A DNA stretch of 64,000 bases, from NCBI GenBank assembly GCA_050613775.1, contig JBODTK010000157.1, positions 310,001 to 374,000 of the forward strand, read 5' to 3'. Under the pieces are notes generated by a model. It made no database searches. It was not told where the DNA came from and saw only the letters and a list, made by a program, of their open reading frames with translations. This document shows, piece by piece, positions 1 through 14,444 of this stretch; the first letter of the stretch is position 1, and each line of letters opens with the position of its first letter. Position numbers and translations under genes: made by a program. This stretch comes from Neocallimastix sp. 'constans' (taxonomy: Eukaryota).

Positions 1-1102
1 TTATTAAAAACAGTAATTATACCAAATATACCAAATAGATAATTTTATGGATCATTAATGAATACATTAAGAATAAAAATATAATTAATAACAAAATAAT
101 AAAACATATTCTTAAATTATATCAAAAATGAATTAATAGAGTAATAATGGATAAAAACTGTTGATAATAATAAATGTTATCATGAATAGGTTAAATAATA
201 TTAAAAACAAAAAAACAAAAAAAAAAAAAAAAAAAAATTGACCTAACCACTTATTAAATTAAAAAATTTAATTTTTATTATTAGAATTTTCTGATTTTCT
301 AACCCTTTTATTTATTAATTTCTTTTTTAATTTTTATTTATTATTTTATAATTATAAAAATTAGGATTTAGTTTTTTGTATCTTTGCTTCAATTTTATAT
401 TTAAATTTTGTTTATAAATAGTACTTCACTTAGTTAAAATATTATTAAATAATTATATCTAATAATAAATTCATCTATTTTAATTATATATATTATATAT
501 ATATGTTGTTGCATTGTTTTTTTATACTTTATATATATATAAATATTATCTAAAATTTAATATTCTATTTTCCAAATTTAATTTTTGTACCTGTTAGCCA
601 TTTCAAATCATTAAGAAAAAAACATAAATAACAACAACAACAAAAAAACTAACAAAGGTATGAGTGTAATTGTTAAGAAAAAAAATCAATTTTTTTTCTT
701 TGATTAAACCAAAAGAAAGAATATTTTATTTCGTTTAGAAAGTGGTTTTCTATATATTATCTTTTTTTTATTTCTATCATTTTTTAATCTAATATTGAAA
801 TCAACAATAAATTAATAATTTAATTAGGGTCTTTGTGCGTGTTGGTAAATATTTTTATTACTATTTTTATTATTTATATTATTTATATTATTTATTAAAT
901 ATTTTATTATTATTGTTATTTGCTATTTATTATTTTATAATCTTTATTAATTTATTATTTTAGTTATTCTTTATATCTTTTTTTTTATTTTTTTTTATTT
1001 ATATTTTATTTATATTTTTAATAAAATACTTTATTATTAACTTTAATTAAATTTACCCAAATTTTAAAAAATAATATATTTTTTTTATTGAATTTAATTT
1101 TC

Positions 1103-1133
<31 letters not shown>

Positions 1134-1257
1134 TTCAAAAAAAAAAAGTTTTATATTTAATTATTTAAATATAAATATAGGTAATTATTTAATTATATAT
1201 AAACATAAATATATATAAATATATATAATATTTTTTATATATTTTTTTTTGTTGATT

Positions 1258-1314
<57 letters not shown>

Positions 1315-2896
1315 AATAAAATAAAATAAAAAAAGAAATGAACTATGAGAATCAAAATTTTTGATAATTCTTTTTCTTGAATTAATAAATTTATTTTTTT
1401 TATTATTTTAATATATTTCTTATATTTATTGTGCTTTATCTGAACATATCCATAGTTTTGTATATGTTTAGATATTGATTATTAAAATATTTATTTTTTA
1501 TATTTATTTATATATATTTTGAATAAAATAAAAAGAAAATAAAAAAAAACAGTAAAAAAAAAAACAACGAAAACTTTATAAAATAATAATAATAATAATT
1601 ATAAAAATAATAATAATAAAAATAATAATTATAAAAATAATAATAATAAAAATAATAATAATTATAAAAATGTATAGTATTTATAACAATAAATAATAAA
1701 TAAATAATAAATAAATAATAAATAATGAATTTTGAATCCTTTAATTAATATAAAAATATCCAATCTTTAATTAATCTTTATTAATATTATATTATTATAT
1801 TATTTATTATTTATTATTTATTTATTATTATTATTTATTATTTATTTATTATTATTATTTATTATTTATTTATTATTTAATTATCTATACATTATTTAAT
1901 TATCTATACATTATTTAATTATCTATTTATTTATTCACTTATTTTTTGTAATACTTTTTTCATTTTTTTAATTTATATTTTTCTCAACATTGAAAATAGA
2001 TAAATTAAAAAAAAAAAAATAAATTGATTTATTTTTAAATATTAAATTAAATTTTTAGACATTTGATGCCTATTAATTAATATATAAATAAATATATAAA
2101 TATATATAGGAATATATAAATATAAAATTATGTTACTGCATAAATATAAATAGCGTATTATATAAATATACATAAATTATATGTGAATTATTCATTATAC
2201 ATTAATACATGAAATATTAATTATACATTAATATATAAATAGGCATAATTAATATATAAATTATTATATTAATTATAAATATAAAATAAATTATTTACAG
2301 ATATAGAAATTAAATTAATAATATAAATATAGAAACTAAATTAATAATATAAAAATTTAATTTATTTATAAATATGGAAATATAAATATAGATTTTACTT
2401 TATAAATAATTATTGAATACATAAATACATAAATAAATAAATAAATAAATACATAAATAACTACATAAATAAATAAATATTAATAAATAAATAATTGTTA
2501 ATATATTTAATATATTAATATTTATAGAATAGATTCTATATTTTAATTAAAAATCCCAAACAAACAAACAAAAAAAAGTCAGGATATAGAATGTATTTTT
2601 TAATATTTATTTTTTAAATAAGTTTATTATAAGAGTAATACATTAAGTTATTAAATAAATTATTAAATAAATAATTAATAATAAATAAATAAATAAATTA
2701 ATTTAATGAATGATAGTGACTTTTTCTAAATAAAACAGAAATAGTATGGCAATTAGTAAATGGTTAAGTGAAAAAGATTATGATAATTAAATATTTTTTA
2801 TAAAAAAAAGAAAAAAAAAAAGAGAATGTAAAAAAGTAAATTAAATTTGTATATCATTAAAATATAATTAAGGATGGTGCTTTAATTGTTATAAAT

Positions 2897-3158
2897 TACC
2901 AAGAATAATTTGAATTTTCATATTAAATTTCTTTTTTTTTTTAACAAAAATTGTATTAATACAAATTAATTTCTTTTTTTTTTTTTTTTTTATAAATAAT
3001 AAAAATAGAATATAGGAAATCAAAAATACCAAGAATAATTTGAATTTTCATATTAAATTTCTTTTTTTTTTTAACAAAAATTGTATTAATACAAATTAAT
3101 TTCTTTTTTTTTTTTTTTTTTATAAATAATAAAAATAGAATATAGGAAATCAAAAATA
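2897..3158. repeat. 130-bp direct tandem duplication (2 copies)
   Basis: taccaagaataatttgaattttc...tataggaaatcaaaaa starts at 2897 and again at 3027, essentially identical. Confidence 0.9.
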
Positions 3159-4037
3159 AAGAATCTTTAAGTATATATAAATGGCCCCTTAAAAAGTGTT
3201 AATAAAATATTATCTACATATTATTCTTTAATATTTTTTTTTATTATATACTATTTATTATTTTTTTTTTTTTTTTTTGTATTTTATAATAAAACCTTAT
3301 ATAATATGATATATTTATTTCAGTAGCTTTTTAAGTTTTTATTACTATTTGATAGGAACTTTTGTTATATAACAAATTAATTATTGTAAAATCTTTCTCT
3401 CTTTCTTTTTTTATAAAATGAAAATGACTAATTGTTAGGAACTTTTTTTTTTTATAATTGAAAATTTGAAATTAAGAAATTTTGAAAATAAGAAATTTTA
3501 TAATAATATTATTATTATTACTTTTATTATAAAAATATCAATCGTCAATATAAGTATTTCATTTTATTTTATTTTTTTTTTTTTGTTTTTATTTTTCTAT
3601 AATTCAATATCATCTCTGCTTTTTTTTTTTTTTTTTTTTTTTTTTCAAGCTCTTAAATATATTCTTCTTTTTATTATTATTATTATTATATTAAATATAT
3701 TAATAAAAAAAAGTACTTTTATTTTTGTTATTTTAATTTTTTCATAGTATAATAATATGTATATAAATAAAATAAACAATATAATATAAAAAAATGAACC
3801 TCCTTGTTTTATTTATTTTATTTATTTTTATATATATTATTTTATTTTATATATATATATATACTTTTTTTTTTTTTTTTTCATTTGAATATACAATTAT
3901 TATTTTCATTTTTACTATATAACAAAAAAAAAAAAAAAAAGTATAAATTATAATAATATCTAAAGTTTTTTTTTTTTTTATATCTTAAGATATATACATA
4001 TATCTATTTTAAAAAAAGCTATTTAATTAATAAACTC

Positions 4038-4121
4038 TTTTTTTTTTTTTTGATAAAGAAAAATAAGATAAAGTAAAAATTTTTTACTTTATTTTATTTT
4101 TCTTTATCAAAAAAAAAAAAA
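4038..4121. repeat. Near-perfect inverted repeat (fold-back hairpin)
   Basis: (T)n-gataaagaaaaataagataaagtaaaaa-t-tttttactttattttatttttctttatc-(A)n; arms are complementary with one mismatch. Confidence 0.85.
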
Positions 4122-4235
4122 GTAAAATAAGGTAAAATAAAATAAAATAAAATAATAAAAAGTTTTTATTTTTATTTTTATTTTAAAACTTTTATTTTTC
4201 CTTTTTATTTTTTTTATCCTTTTTATCCTTTTTTT

Positions 4236-4276
<41 letters not shown>

Positions 4277-4356
4277 CAGACTTATGACTAATTTTAATTT
4301 TAATTTTATTTTAATTTTATTTTATGTTATTTCTATTTTATTTCTTGTTATATTTA

Positions 4357-4400
<44 letters not shown>

Positions 4401-4914
4401 TATATTTACTATTTATTAGTATCTTTTTTTTTTTAATTTTTATTATTACTATTATTTTTATTTATTTATATTTTTATATTTTTTTTAATTGTTTTATAAA
4501 GATATTAGTACTAATAGATTAATTATAGATATAATAAAATATTTTAAAATATTTTAAAATTAAGACATATTCAGCTATATACAATAAATATTAGATATAT
4601 ATCACCTATAAAATTAATTATATAAAAGAAAATTTTTAGATATTTGTTAAAAAGCATTAATCATTGTTTAGGATTTACTGATGATGACTAATTAATTATT
4701 TATTTATTAAAGTTTCATATTCCATATAAAATTTAATTTTTTTTTTTTTTTTTTTTTTAAATGATATTTACTTTCATCCTATCATTTTAATTGTATTATT
4801 ATATGAAACATTTTTTAGTGTAGAGAAAGAGAGAAAAATATACAACCAATAATGGAATAATTAAAATATATAAAAAATAATTGAATAATAAATAATTGAA
4901 TAATAAATAATAAA

Positions 4915-5600
4915 TAATTGAATAATAAATAATAAATAATAAATAATAAATAATAAATAATAAATAATAAATAATAAATAATAAATAATAAATAATAAAT
5001 AATAAATAATAAATAATAAATAATAAATAATAAATAATAAATAATAAATAATAAATAATAAATAATAAATAATAAATAATAAATAATAAATAATAAATAA
5101 TAAATAATAAATAATAAATAATAAATAATAAATAATAAATAATAAATAATAAATAATAAATAATAAATAATAAATAATAAATAATAAATAATAAATAATA
5201 AATAATAAATAATAAATAATAAATAATAAATAATAAATAATAAATAATAAATAATAAATAATAAATAATAAATAATAAATAATAAATAATAAATAATAAA
5301 TAATAAATAATAAATAATTAAAAAGAGTATTTATTAATAAATAATAAATAATAAATAATAAATTATAAATGAATAATAAATAATAATTGAATAATTGAAT
5401 AATAATTAAAGAGTATTTATTAATAAATAATAAATAGTAAATAATAAAGAATAAAAAAAAACAAAAAGAACAAAAAGAATAAAAAGAGTATTTGTTAATA
5501 ATAAATAATAAGTAATAATAAAAATTATATTATAAAAAGGATAAAAAAAATAAAAAGAGTATTTGCTAATAATAAATAATAAATAATAATAAAAAGTAAA
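4915..5600. repeat. (AATAAAT)n heptamer satellite, degenerating into units carrying AAAAAGAGTATTT
   Basis: Pure 7-mer array to about 5320, then variants with the aaaagagtattt motif near 5320, 5410, 5485 and 5555. Confidence 0.9.
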
Positions 5601-5940
5601 TAATAAATAATGAAATAATAAATAAATATAAATAATAATTATATAATTTTTGTATTTTTTTTTAAAATAGATTTTGAAAATGCTGAAAAAGACAAAATAA
5701 CAATACTATTAAAAAAAATAATTATTCTTATACTAAAATCTTATTTATTATATTAAATATAGTAATAATAAAATAATAAATATAATACAAATACCAATGA
5801 ATAGAATTATTTTATTTATCTTATTTTTTAAATGTACTTTTTTCTTTTATAAAGATAAAATTATTTTTCTTTATTTAATTTTCTTTATTTTTTTATTTTA
5901 TAAGCTTTCATTTTATTTTATATTGACTTTTGTAATTACA

Positions 5941-5972
<32 letters not shown>

Positions 5973-8607
5973 CTTAGTTCATAATAAATAATTACTTTAC
6001 CTAATATTTTCTTTCAAGTATACTGTCGGGTTAAATACAACATCCTCTATGCCTTTATTTATTTATTTATATCTATTGAAATATCAATTTAATTATAATT
6101 TTTATTTCTTTTGAAATATATATTATAAATAAAAAAAAAAATCCTTTTCTATTTATTTAACTATTAAATTATTATTATTATTATTATTATATTTTTTAAA
6201 TCAATTCAATTTAATTCATTTTATATTATTATTTTTTTAATGAAAGAAAAATATGAGTTAATAAATAAAAAAATATTATCACTACCACTCTTATTTCTAT
6301 TCTATAAATTTATATATATATATTATCTTCTTCTCTTTTTTCTTCTCCTTCTCCTTCAAATTCATTTCTCTCATTTTATATTTATTTTATTATTGTAATA
6401 TAATTATTAATTTTTTATTATTATTTTTTTACCCATCAAATTTTTTTTATTTTTATTTTATTTTATCCATTAAATAAAAAAAAAATAAGAAATCTCAATA
6501 TATTAAGAATACTATTCAAATCAATAGATATTAACATATTAAATATTAAAATAAATATAAAATACAAAATAAAAATTAAACCTTAAAAATAATTCATTTT
6601 TCCATTTTTCCAAATTTTTTTTTTTTTTTTTTTAATATTTTTAATTTTAGGATGATGAAAACTTAACAAAATAAAAAAAAAATTTTTTTTTTCAAAATTT
6701 ATATATTTATTTAGATATAAACTTTATTTTATATAAAATTTATTTATTTCATTTAATTTCTATTTATTTATAATTTTATTTTAATGAATTAATTTTATTT
6801 ATAAAGCAATATATAGCATCTATATATTACATATAATTAGATATTGAAAAAGAATTTCAAAATATAAAAAAAAACACATTTAAAAAAAAAAAAAAGTATT
6901 ATATATGAATATATATATAAATATATATAAATATATAAATATGAAATAGATAAAAAAAAAGTCATCATTTAAAATTAATTAAATGAATAAATTAAGTAAA
7001 AAAAAAAGCAAAAAAAAAAAAAAAAATAAAAAAAAAAGTTATGTTATATATAGTAAAGAAAAGTTAAGAGTAAAAAATATAAATACTACTACTACTAATA
7101 ATAATAACAATAAATAAAAAAAAAAAAAAAAAGGAAAAAAAAGAAAAGAAGTAACTTCAATAATCATAATGTTAAAAAAAAAAAAAAAAAAAAAAATAAA
7201 ATGAATGAATGAATAATAGCAAAAAAAAAAAAAAATTTCAATTAGACTTCTTTTCTCTCCACTCCTATTCTCCTATGCTTTTATTGTTATTACATTCTAT
7301 GGTTTTATCTATATATTGTATTGTTATTTTTTTTGTTCCTAATTCTTCTTATTTTTTTTTTTTTTTTTTTTTTTTTATCTCATCTCTCATTTTCTATTCA
7401 AATCATCACTATATATATATATATAATATAAACTTTCCACATTCCTATACACAATTATTATTATTATTATTATTATTATTTTTTTTTTTATCTCATTTTC
7501 TCTTCAAACCATTACTATATATATGATATAAAACTTTGCACACTCTTATAACACAAACACCTAATGTGAAAAGAAACTTTTTTTTTTTTTTTTTTTTATA
7601 AAAAAAAAAAGAAATTTTATTGAATAATAATAATATTAAACTTATTTGAAATATTAAAAAAAAACTAATGAAGAAAAAGAAAAAATACTTATTAGAAAAA
7701 AATTAAACTTAAAATAATAAATATAAAGAAATAATAAAAATGAATTATACTAAATAATTAAAAAAATAATAAAAAAAATATAATTTACTAAAATAATTAA
7801 TGACTAAATAAGAAGAAAGAAATAAAAAGGCTTTTTTTTTGTCCTTTTTCTTTCTATCTTTCTTTCTTTCTTTCTTTCTTTTTTTTTTTTTTTTTTTCTC
7901 TTTTTTCTATATATATATTTGATTCTTGGTAAAGCTAAAATTAATACTTATATATATATAATATTAAAACAAATTGCTTTTTTTTTTTTACTAAAAAAAA
8001 AAGGGTATAAATATAAAATATATATAAAAAAACATATATATTTTTTCTTTTTCTTTTTTTTTTTTTCTTTCTTTTTTTTAAATACTGAATAATAATAATA
8101 GTAAAAAAAAAAAAAAAAAAACAATTGATATAAATTATTAAGTATTTTTTTTTTTTTTATATTTAAAAAAGGGTATTTGTAGATGTATTTGTATTGTTTT
8201 ATGTTGTTTTATGTTGAATATTAAATTCAAAAAAAAAAAAAACTTTTTTCGTTTTTTTTTAAATGGTTTATTAATATTTCCCTTTCTTTCTTTATATATA
8301 TATATATTGTAATTGTTATAACAAACAAATATATTATCTATATATAAATATGTATATATATATAAAAGAATTAAATGCTTAAAGTATTGTTACTTATAAA
8401 AAAAAAAAAAAAAAAAAAAAGGATATATAAATATATATATATAAAAGTGTTTTATCGTTTTTTTTTTTTTTTTTTTTTTTTTTTTCTACTTAAATTAAAT
8501 TTTAATAAAAAAAATTTTTTTTCATATTTTTATAAAAATGAAAAAAAATAAATAAAAAGATTTATTTTAATATATATATATATATATAAAATTAAGTTGG
8601 AAGGTAT

Positions 8608-8650
<43 letters not shown>

Positions 8651-8860
8651 TTGTTGTTGTTGTTGTATTTTGCTTTGTTCGTTTTAAAACGTTAATATTA
8701 TCTAATATTATTATTTTTTTTAAACAAAACAAAAACATGAAAAAAATAATAGTTTATGATAGGCTATTATTATTATTTTTTTTATTTTTTTATTTTTATT
8801 TTTTTTTATTTTATGTTATCTGATTTATCTGGTTTATCTTTATTTTTTATTTTTTTTTTC

Positions 8861-9223
8861 TTAGGATAATGATTCAGTTATTAGTGAGTTTGAGTTTGGA
8901 GCTGAAGTTTCATTTTCAGAGTAGACGGTAGAGGAATAGTTACCATTTTCATCATAGGAAGACTTTCTTAATAAGGTAGAAGAAACGTCAATAAGGAAAG
9001 GATCATAAGAGAAACGGAAAACAACACCTGGCGTAACGTCATTTTTGGAGGAAGGAGAACGTTTGGGAGAAGGATTTTTTCGAGTATGTTTCATGGAAGT
9101 TCTCTTTAACTGTCTTCTTCTTAAGATAGCTAAAGCTGTTGCTGAAGTTATAGCAGAGCTACTTGAACTTTTTTTATCGGCATTCTTGTCAGACTTTCTA
9201 CTAACTCTTCTTTTTGAAGTCAT
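8861..9223 (-). CDS. Hypothetical small basic, Ser/Arg/Lys-rich protein (120 aa)
   Basis: GC-elevated island in an otherwise near-pure AT region; ATG preceded by an A-rich context; uninterrupted ORF MTSKRRVSRK...VVFRFSYDPFLIDVS...; no family recognised. Confidence 0.65.
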   Translation of the reverse strand: MTSKRRVSRKSDKNADKKSSSSSAITSATALAILRRRQLKRTSMKHTRKNPSPKRSPSSKNDVTPGVVFRFSYDPFLIDVSSTLLRKSSYDENGNYSSTVYSENETSAPNSNSLITESLS

Positions 9224-9279
9224 TTTTATTTTTATTTTTATTTTCTTTTTTTTTCTTCTGTAGTTTTAAAGTTATTAAA

Positions 9280-9323
<44 letters not shown>

Positions 9324-9687
9324 CTTTTTAAATAAAATGAAAATATTTATATATATATATAATTTTTTTTTTATGTAGATATATTGATTTTGTCGTTATT
9401 TTATTTATTTTTTTTTTTAACTTATTGTATTGATAATAGTAGATATGAAACAAAAGAAAAAAAAAAAGTTTAAAACTGTTTCAACTTTTAAATTATTTTG
9501 ACTTTATTTTTTTTTTTAATAGATAGTTACTTATTTTTTCTAATAGTATTATTTTATTTCTTTATAAAGAAAACGAAAAAAAAAGTTTTGATATTTTTTT
9601 TTCTATTGTACAAATATATATGTAAAAAAGTTTTCAAATAATAAAAAGAATAAAAAAAAATATTTATTTTATTTTTATTTTTATTTT

Positions 9688-9720
<33 letters not shown>

Positions 9721-11393
9721 TTTCAGTGAATTATTTATTTTTATTATTTCTTTTATCTTTAAAAAAATTCTATATATTATATTACTATATAATATTTTTG
9801 TCTATTGTAATTTGTCTTTCTTTTCTTTTTTTTATATTATATAATACAAAAAAAAAAGAAAATAAACTTATTTGCTTTTTGTTTTTATAAAAAGAGTTTT
9901 TTTTTTATTTACGTTTTTTACTTTTTATAATAAATATAAAATTTACAATATCAGAATAAAAATAAAATATAATAAAAAAAGAAAAAAGAATTAAAAAAAA
10001 AAAAAATACATTATAGAAAAATATTTATCTTTTTATATAATTTCTTATTTGAGGAGGTTAACAAATAAAAATTAATTATAATTATTATTATTTTTGTTAA
10101 AAATATCAAAAAAATTTTTTTATATAATAAATAAATAAATAAATAAAATAATAAATATAAATAAAAAAATAATAAATATAAATAAATAAAATAATAATAG
10201 ATAAATAAATAATTAATAAATTGTACTTAGATAAATAATAAATAATAGTAAATAATAATAAATAATAAATAATAAATAATAAATAAATTTTATATATTAA
10301 AATTTAATATTAAAAAAATTTAATATTTATATAGTTTAAATTGTTATTGTTAAAGTTTGATATATAATCGTATAATATAATATATATAAATTATATTAAT
10401 ATATATAATATATTAATATCATATAATGACATTTATTTATTCATCATCCTTTTTTTTTTATTTTATTTTATTTTATTTTATTTTATTTTGTAGAATTAAT
10501 ATGCAATTTTTAGTTATTAAATAATGATAATATAAAAAAAAAAAAATTAAATAAAATTTTAATATTAGACATCATCAAATCATCAATAATTAATTTTTAG
10601 ATTTTTAATATTAAATTATTAAAAATAAAATAAAATAAAAAAAAAAAAAAATGAAATAAAGGATGGATAATAGTAAAAAATTAAAATAAGTTAGAATTTA
10701 TTAATTAAAATAATAATATTAATAATAATAATAAGAAAAATAATAATAAGAAAAATAAATAATAAATAATTAGAAAAATAAAACTAAAATTGTTCATTGC
10801 TACTATTAAATATTACTAAATAGTTAACTATTTTCAAACTATTACTTTACTACTTTATTACTATTATTCGGTATTTCTTATATATATTCATATATATAAT
10901 TTAATATACATATATATTTTTAAATATTAAATAGTTTCTTTTATTTTTATTTTTTATTTTTATTTTTTTTATGATTTTAACTTTATTTTTTTATTTTTAC
11001 TTTTTTTAAATTCCATTTCCATTTCCATTTCCATTTCCATTTTTATTTATTTTTGTTTTTTTAACATTATTTTTTTTTTAAAAAAAGTTTTATGACGAGT
11101 TAATTAAACTTTTTTTTTATATTATTATAATCTACTTTTTCATTTTTTTTTTTTATATATACACAGGCAAAAAAGATAGAATGGTGTGGAATGAAAACTA
11201 TTTCATAATTTATCATTAGAATTTTAACTTTTTTTTTTATTAATAATAATATTATTACCTACTTTTTCAATATATATATATATATATTGTATAGATAAAA
11301 AAAAAAAGAAATAATGGAGTGGAATGAATACTATTCAATTAATAATTATTAGAATTATTTTGTAATTTTTTTCTTTTATTATTATTATTATTA

Positions 11394-11486
<93 letters not shown>

Positions 11487-12429
11487 TTTCTTTTTTTTCT
11501 TTTTTTATCGTTATATTAATAAACTTTCAAATTGATTTTTTTTTTTTTTTTTATTATTTGGAGTTCACTTATAATAAACTATTTATGATAGTTTTTCTTT
11601 TTCTTTTTCTATTTCTCATTTCTCTCTCTGTCTCTCTGTCTCTCTCTCTCTCTCTCTCAAACTCTCTCTATTCTATAATATATTACAAATATATTTTTAT
11701 TTTAAAATTTATATACATTATATATATTTACTACATATTACGTATACTACACATTATATTACATATATATTTAATAAAATTTATATTTTATAACAAAGTA
11801 CCACATTCTATATATCATATATATATCATATACGTTACATTAATGTAGTTTATTATACATCATTTAAAATTATATATTTATCTATACAACTATTTAGAAA
11901 TAAAGGAAAAGACACACAAACAAAGAGAAAAAAATAAAAAAAAAAATAAAAAAAGAAAAAATATTTTATTTCATTACATTTCATTTTATTTATTTCTTTT
12001 TTTTTTTTTTTTTTTTTAATTTAATATTTATTTCTCATTTATCTATCACATATTTATATTTATATTTAAATTGGGAATTTTTTTTTTTTTTTTAAAAAAA
12101 AAAACATTTTTAAATTTGTTAACATCCATATTTAAATAAAGGAATTTATGTATATATATATATATATAATTTATTAAAGAAAAAAGTCATTCACATTGTA
12201 AAATTACTTACTACTACTACTACTAATAATAATAATTTTTATTTTTATTTTTACTTTACTTTTATATATTTTATTACAATTTACTTTTTTTTTTTTTTAT
12301 TTTATTTAATTCTTATATATAAGAAATTATTATAAAATTTTTTTCTGATAAAAATATATATATATAAAATATAAAAAAAAAAAAAGAAAAAACCAACAAA
12401 CGAATAAGCAAAGTAATAATAATAATAAT

Positions 12430-13020
12430 AATATATGTATATATATAAAAGATATATAATATAAAAAACAAAAATATATATAAAAGATATACAATATAAA
12501 AAAACAAAAACATATATATATATATAAAAGATATATAATATAAAAAAAACAAAAACATATATATATATAAAAGATATATAATATAAAAAAAAATAAAAAC
12601 ATATATATATATATATAAAAGATATATAATATAAAATAACAAAAACACAATATATATATAAAAGATATATAATATAAAATAACAAAAACGTATAGTATAT
12701 ATATAAAAGATATATATTGAAAAAAAACAAAATCATATATATATATATATATAAAAGATTTAAATATAAAAAATCAAAAACACATATATATATAAAAGAT
12801 ATATAATATAAAAAATCAAAAACACATATATATATAAAAGATATATAATATAAAAAAACAAAAACACATATATATATAAAAGATATATATTATAAAAAAA
12901 CAAAAACATATATATATACATATATAAAAGATATATAATATAAAAAAAAACAAAAACATATATATATATATATATAAAAGATATACAATATAAAAAAAAC
13001 AAAAACATATATATATATAA
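12430..13020. repeat. Minisatellite, about 13 units of ~35-50 bp (aaaaac(at)n-aaaagatatataatataaaaaa)
   Basis: The aaaagat core recurs every ~35-50 bp; unit length varies mainly through the (AT)n tract. Confidence 0.85.
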
Positions 13021-13089
13021 TATATAAAAAAGTTAATTACATTTTATTTTGAAAAAACATTTACTTTTATGTTTCTGATATTTTATTTG

Positions 13090-14140
13090 TGGTTTCAATG
13101 CAGTGCAACGTTCGTCTGATATTGAACGAATAGAACGAAGGTATGTTGACCTTCAGAAAGTTATAGGATATGGTGTTTTAGAGAGAGAAATTGTAACTTT
13201 TTTAAGCGAATCAAATGATTCGCAAGTGTTTGCTAGTACTATTACGGAAAAAATGAAAAAAAAAAAAAAAAAAAAATCAGTGAGCTTTTAGCTTTTATAG
13301 AAAAAGCGGGCTGACCATACTTATTATCCTCTGTCTGGTAATATTACTGGGTAATATTGTGTTAAAAATTAAGGAATGAATAAACTAAAGCGAATAGTCA
13401 GTTTGATGAATATATCAATGCAATACACAATGAAGATGTAAGAAGCCATATAAAAGCAAAGATTTTCATGACCACGTTGAATATTACTGTTCAAAGAGGA
13501 GTCTGTCCAAAGTTATGTGAGAAAGATTCACCTTGGCTTCAAGTCGTTTAGCCTTTCGTCGAATGAAGTTTAGAGGGCAACCGTTGGGATGTTTTTACTC
13601 TTTAGTTTTATGCTTTAGGAAAAGGTCACATTCTCATTTAATTTATTGTTTTTATTATATAGATATATATTTTTTTCTTTTTTTTCTTTTTTTTTCTTTT
13701 ATTTTTTATTATCTCACAGTCACCTTCTCTTGCTCCCACCACGACAAAATAATCTTACTAATAAGAATTTTTTTACGTCCAAACATTTTTCGACATCCAG
13801 CTTTCCATGATTAGATTTTTTTTTTTTTTTGAGCTTTCAACTAAAAGAAAACTAAATAAACTGGAAGAATGACTCGAAGGCAATGAGGCGAGGTTTTGTT
13901 GCAACAATTTCTTGATGAGATCTCCTCTTCAATTAGTGAGCCGGGTTAAAACAACATTGTATTGAGTCCTTGAATATTCAAACTGATTTTTTAATCCCGT
14001 TTCTATGACGATAACGTCGTTTATGAGGTTTACCTATCTTCAATTTTTTATTTTATTTTATTTTATTTTATTTTATTTTATTTTATTTTTATTTTTTTTT
14101 TGTCATCTATAGCCAAACGATTCAGATATATGACGATTTC

Positions 14141-14193
<53 letters not shown>

Positions 14194-14345
14194 TGATCTA
14201 TAAGAGAAGTAATATTATCTCAAATACTAAAAAATAATCTGAGCGTGATTGATTAAAACAAAATCATTATGAGGTAGGGGATGAATGAAACTTTCCTGTC
14301 GAACTTATTGAGCAACAGGAGGTCTCTGAAATCGTACGAATCCTG
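13090..14345. other. GC-elevated, degenerate coding-like island of unknown origin
   Basis: GC and CpG content well above the flanks; short broken frames such as QRSSDIERIERRYVDLQKVIGYGVLERE and KANSQFDEYINAIHNEDVRSHIKAKIF; no family recognised. Confidence 0.4.
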
Positions 14346-14440
14346 TTTTTTTTTATAACAGCAATTATTGCGAACTTTAACACTTTATTTTTTTTATTCA
14401 TTTATTAATTACATGAAAAATTTTTTATAAAAAAAAAATA
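14346..14440 (-). repeat. Short dispersed repeat, possible 3' end of a poly(A)-tailed retroposon (copy 1)
   Basis: gcaattattgcgaactttaa at 14361-14380 is identical to 30161-30180, with similar downstream sequence and a preceding T-run in both. Confidence 0.5.
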
Positions 14441-14444
14441 ATAA

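Noticed and set aside
4915..5320. Telomeric repeat
   Set aside because: The unit lacks a G-rich strand and the array is internal, with unique sequence on both sides.
2956..7526. Short F/I/K-rich ORFs
   Set aside because: Low-complexity homopolymer-derived frames with no GC elevation or recognisable motifs.
9045..9263. Plus-strand 72-aa ORF
   Set aside because: Antisense shadow of the 8861-9223 ORF, with a non-ATG start.
12302..13020. Overlapping Y/I/F-rich ORFs and a possible repeat-spacer array
   Set aside because: These are translations of an AT minisatellite; inter-core sequence differs only in (AT)n and A-run length.
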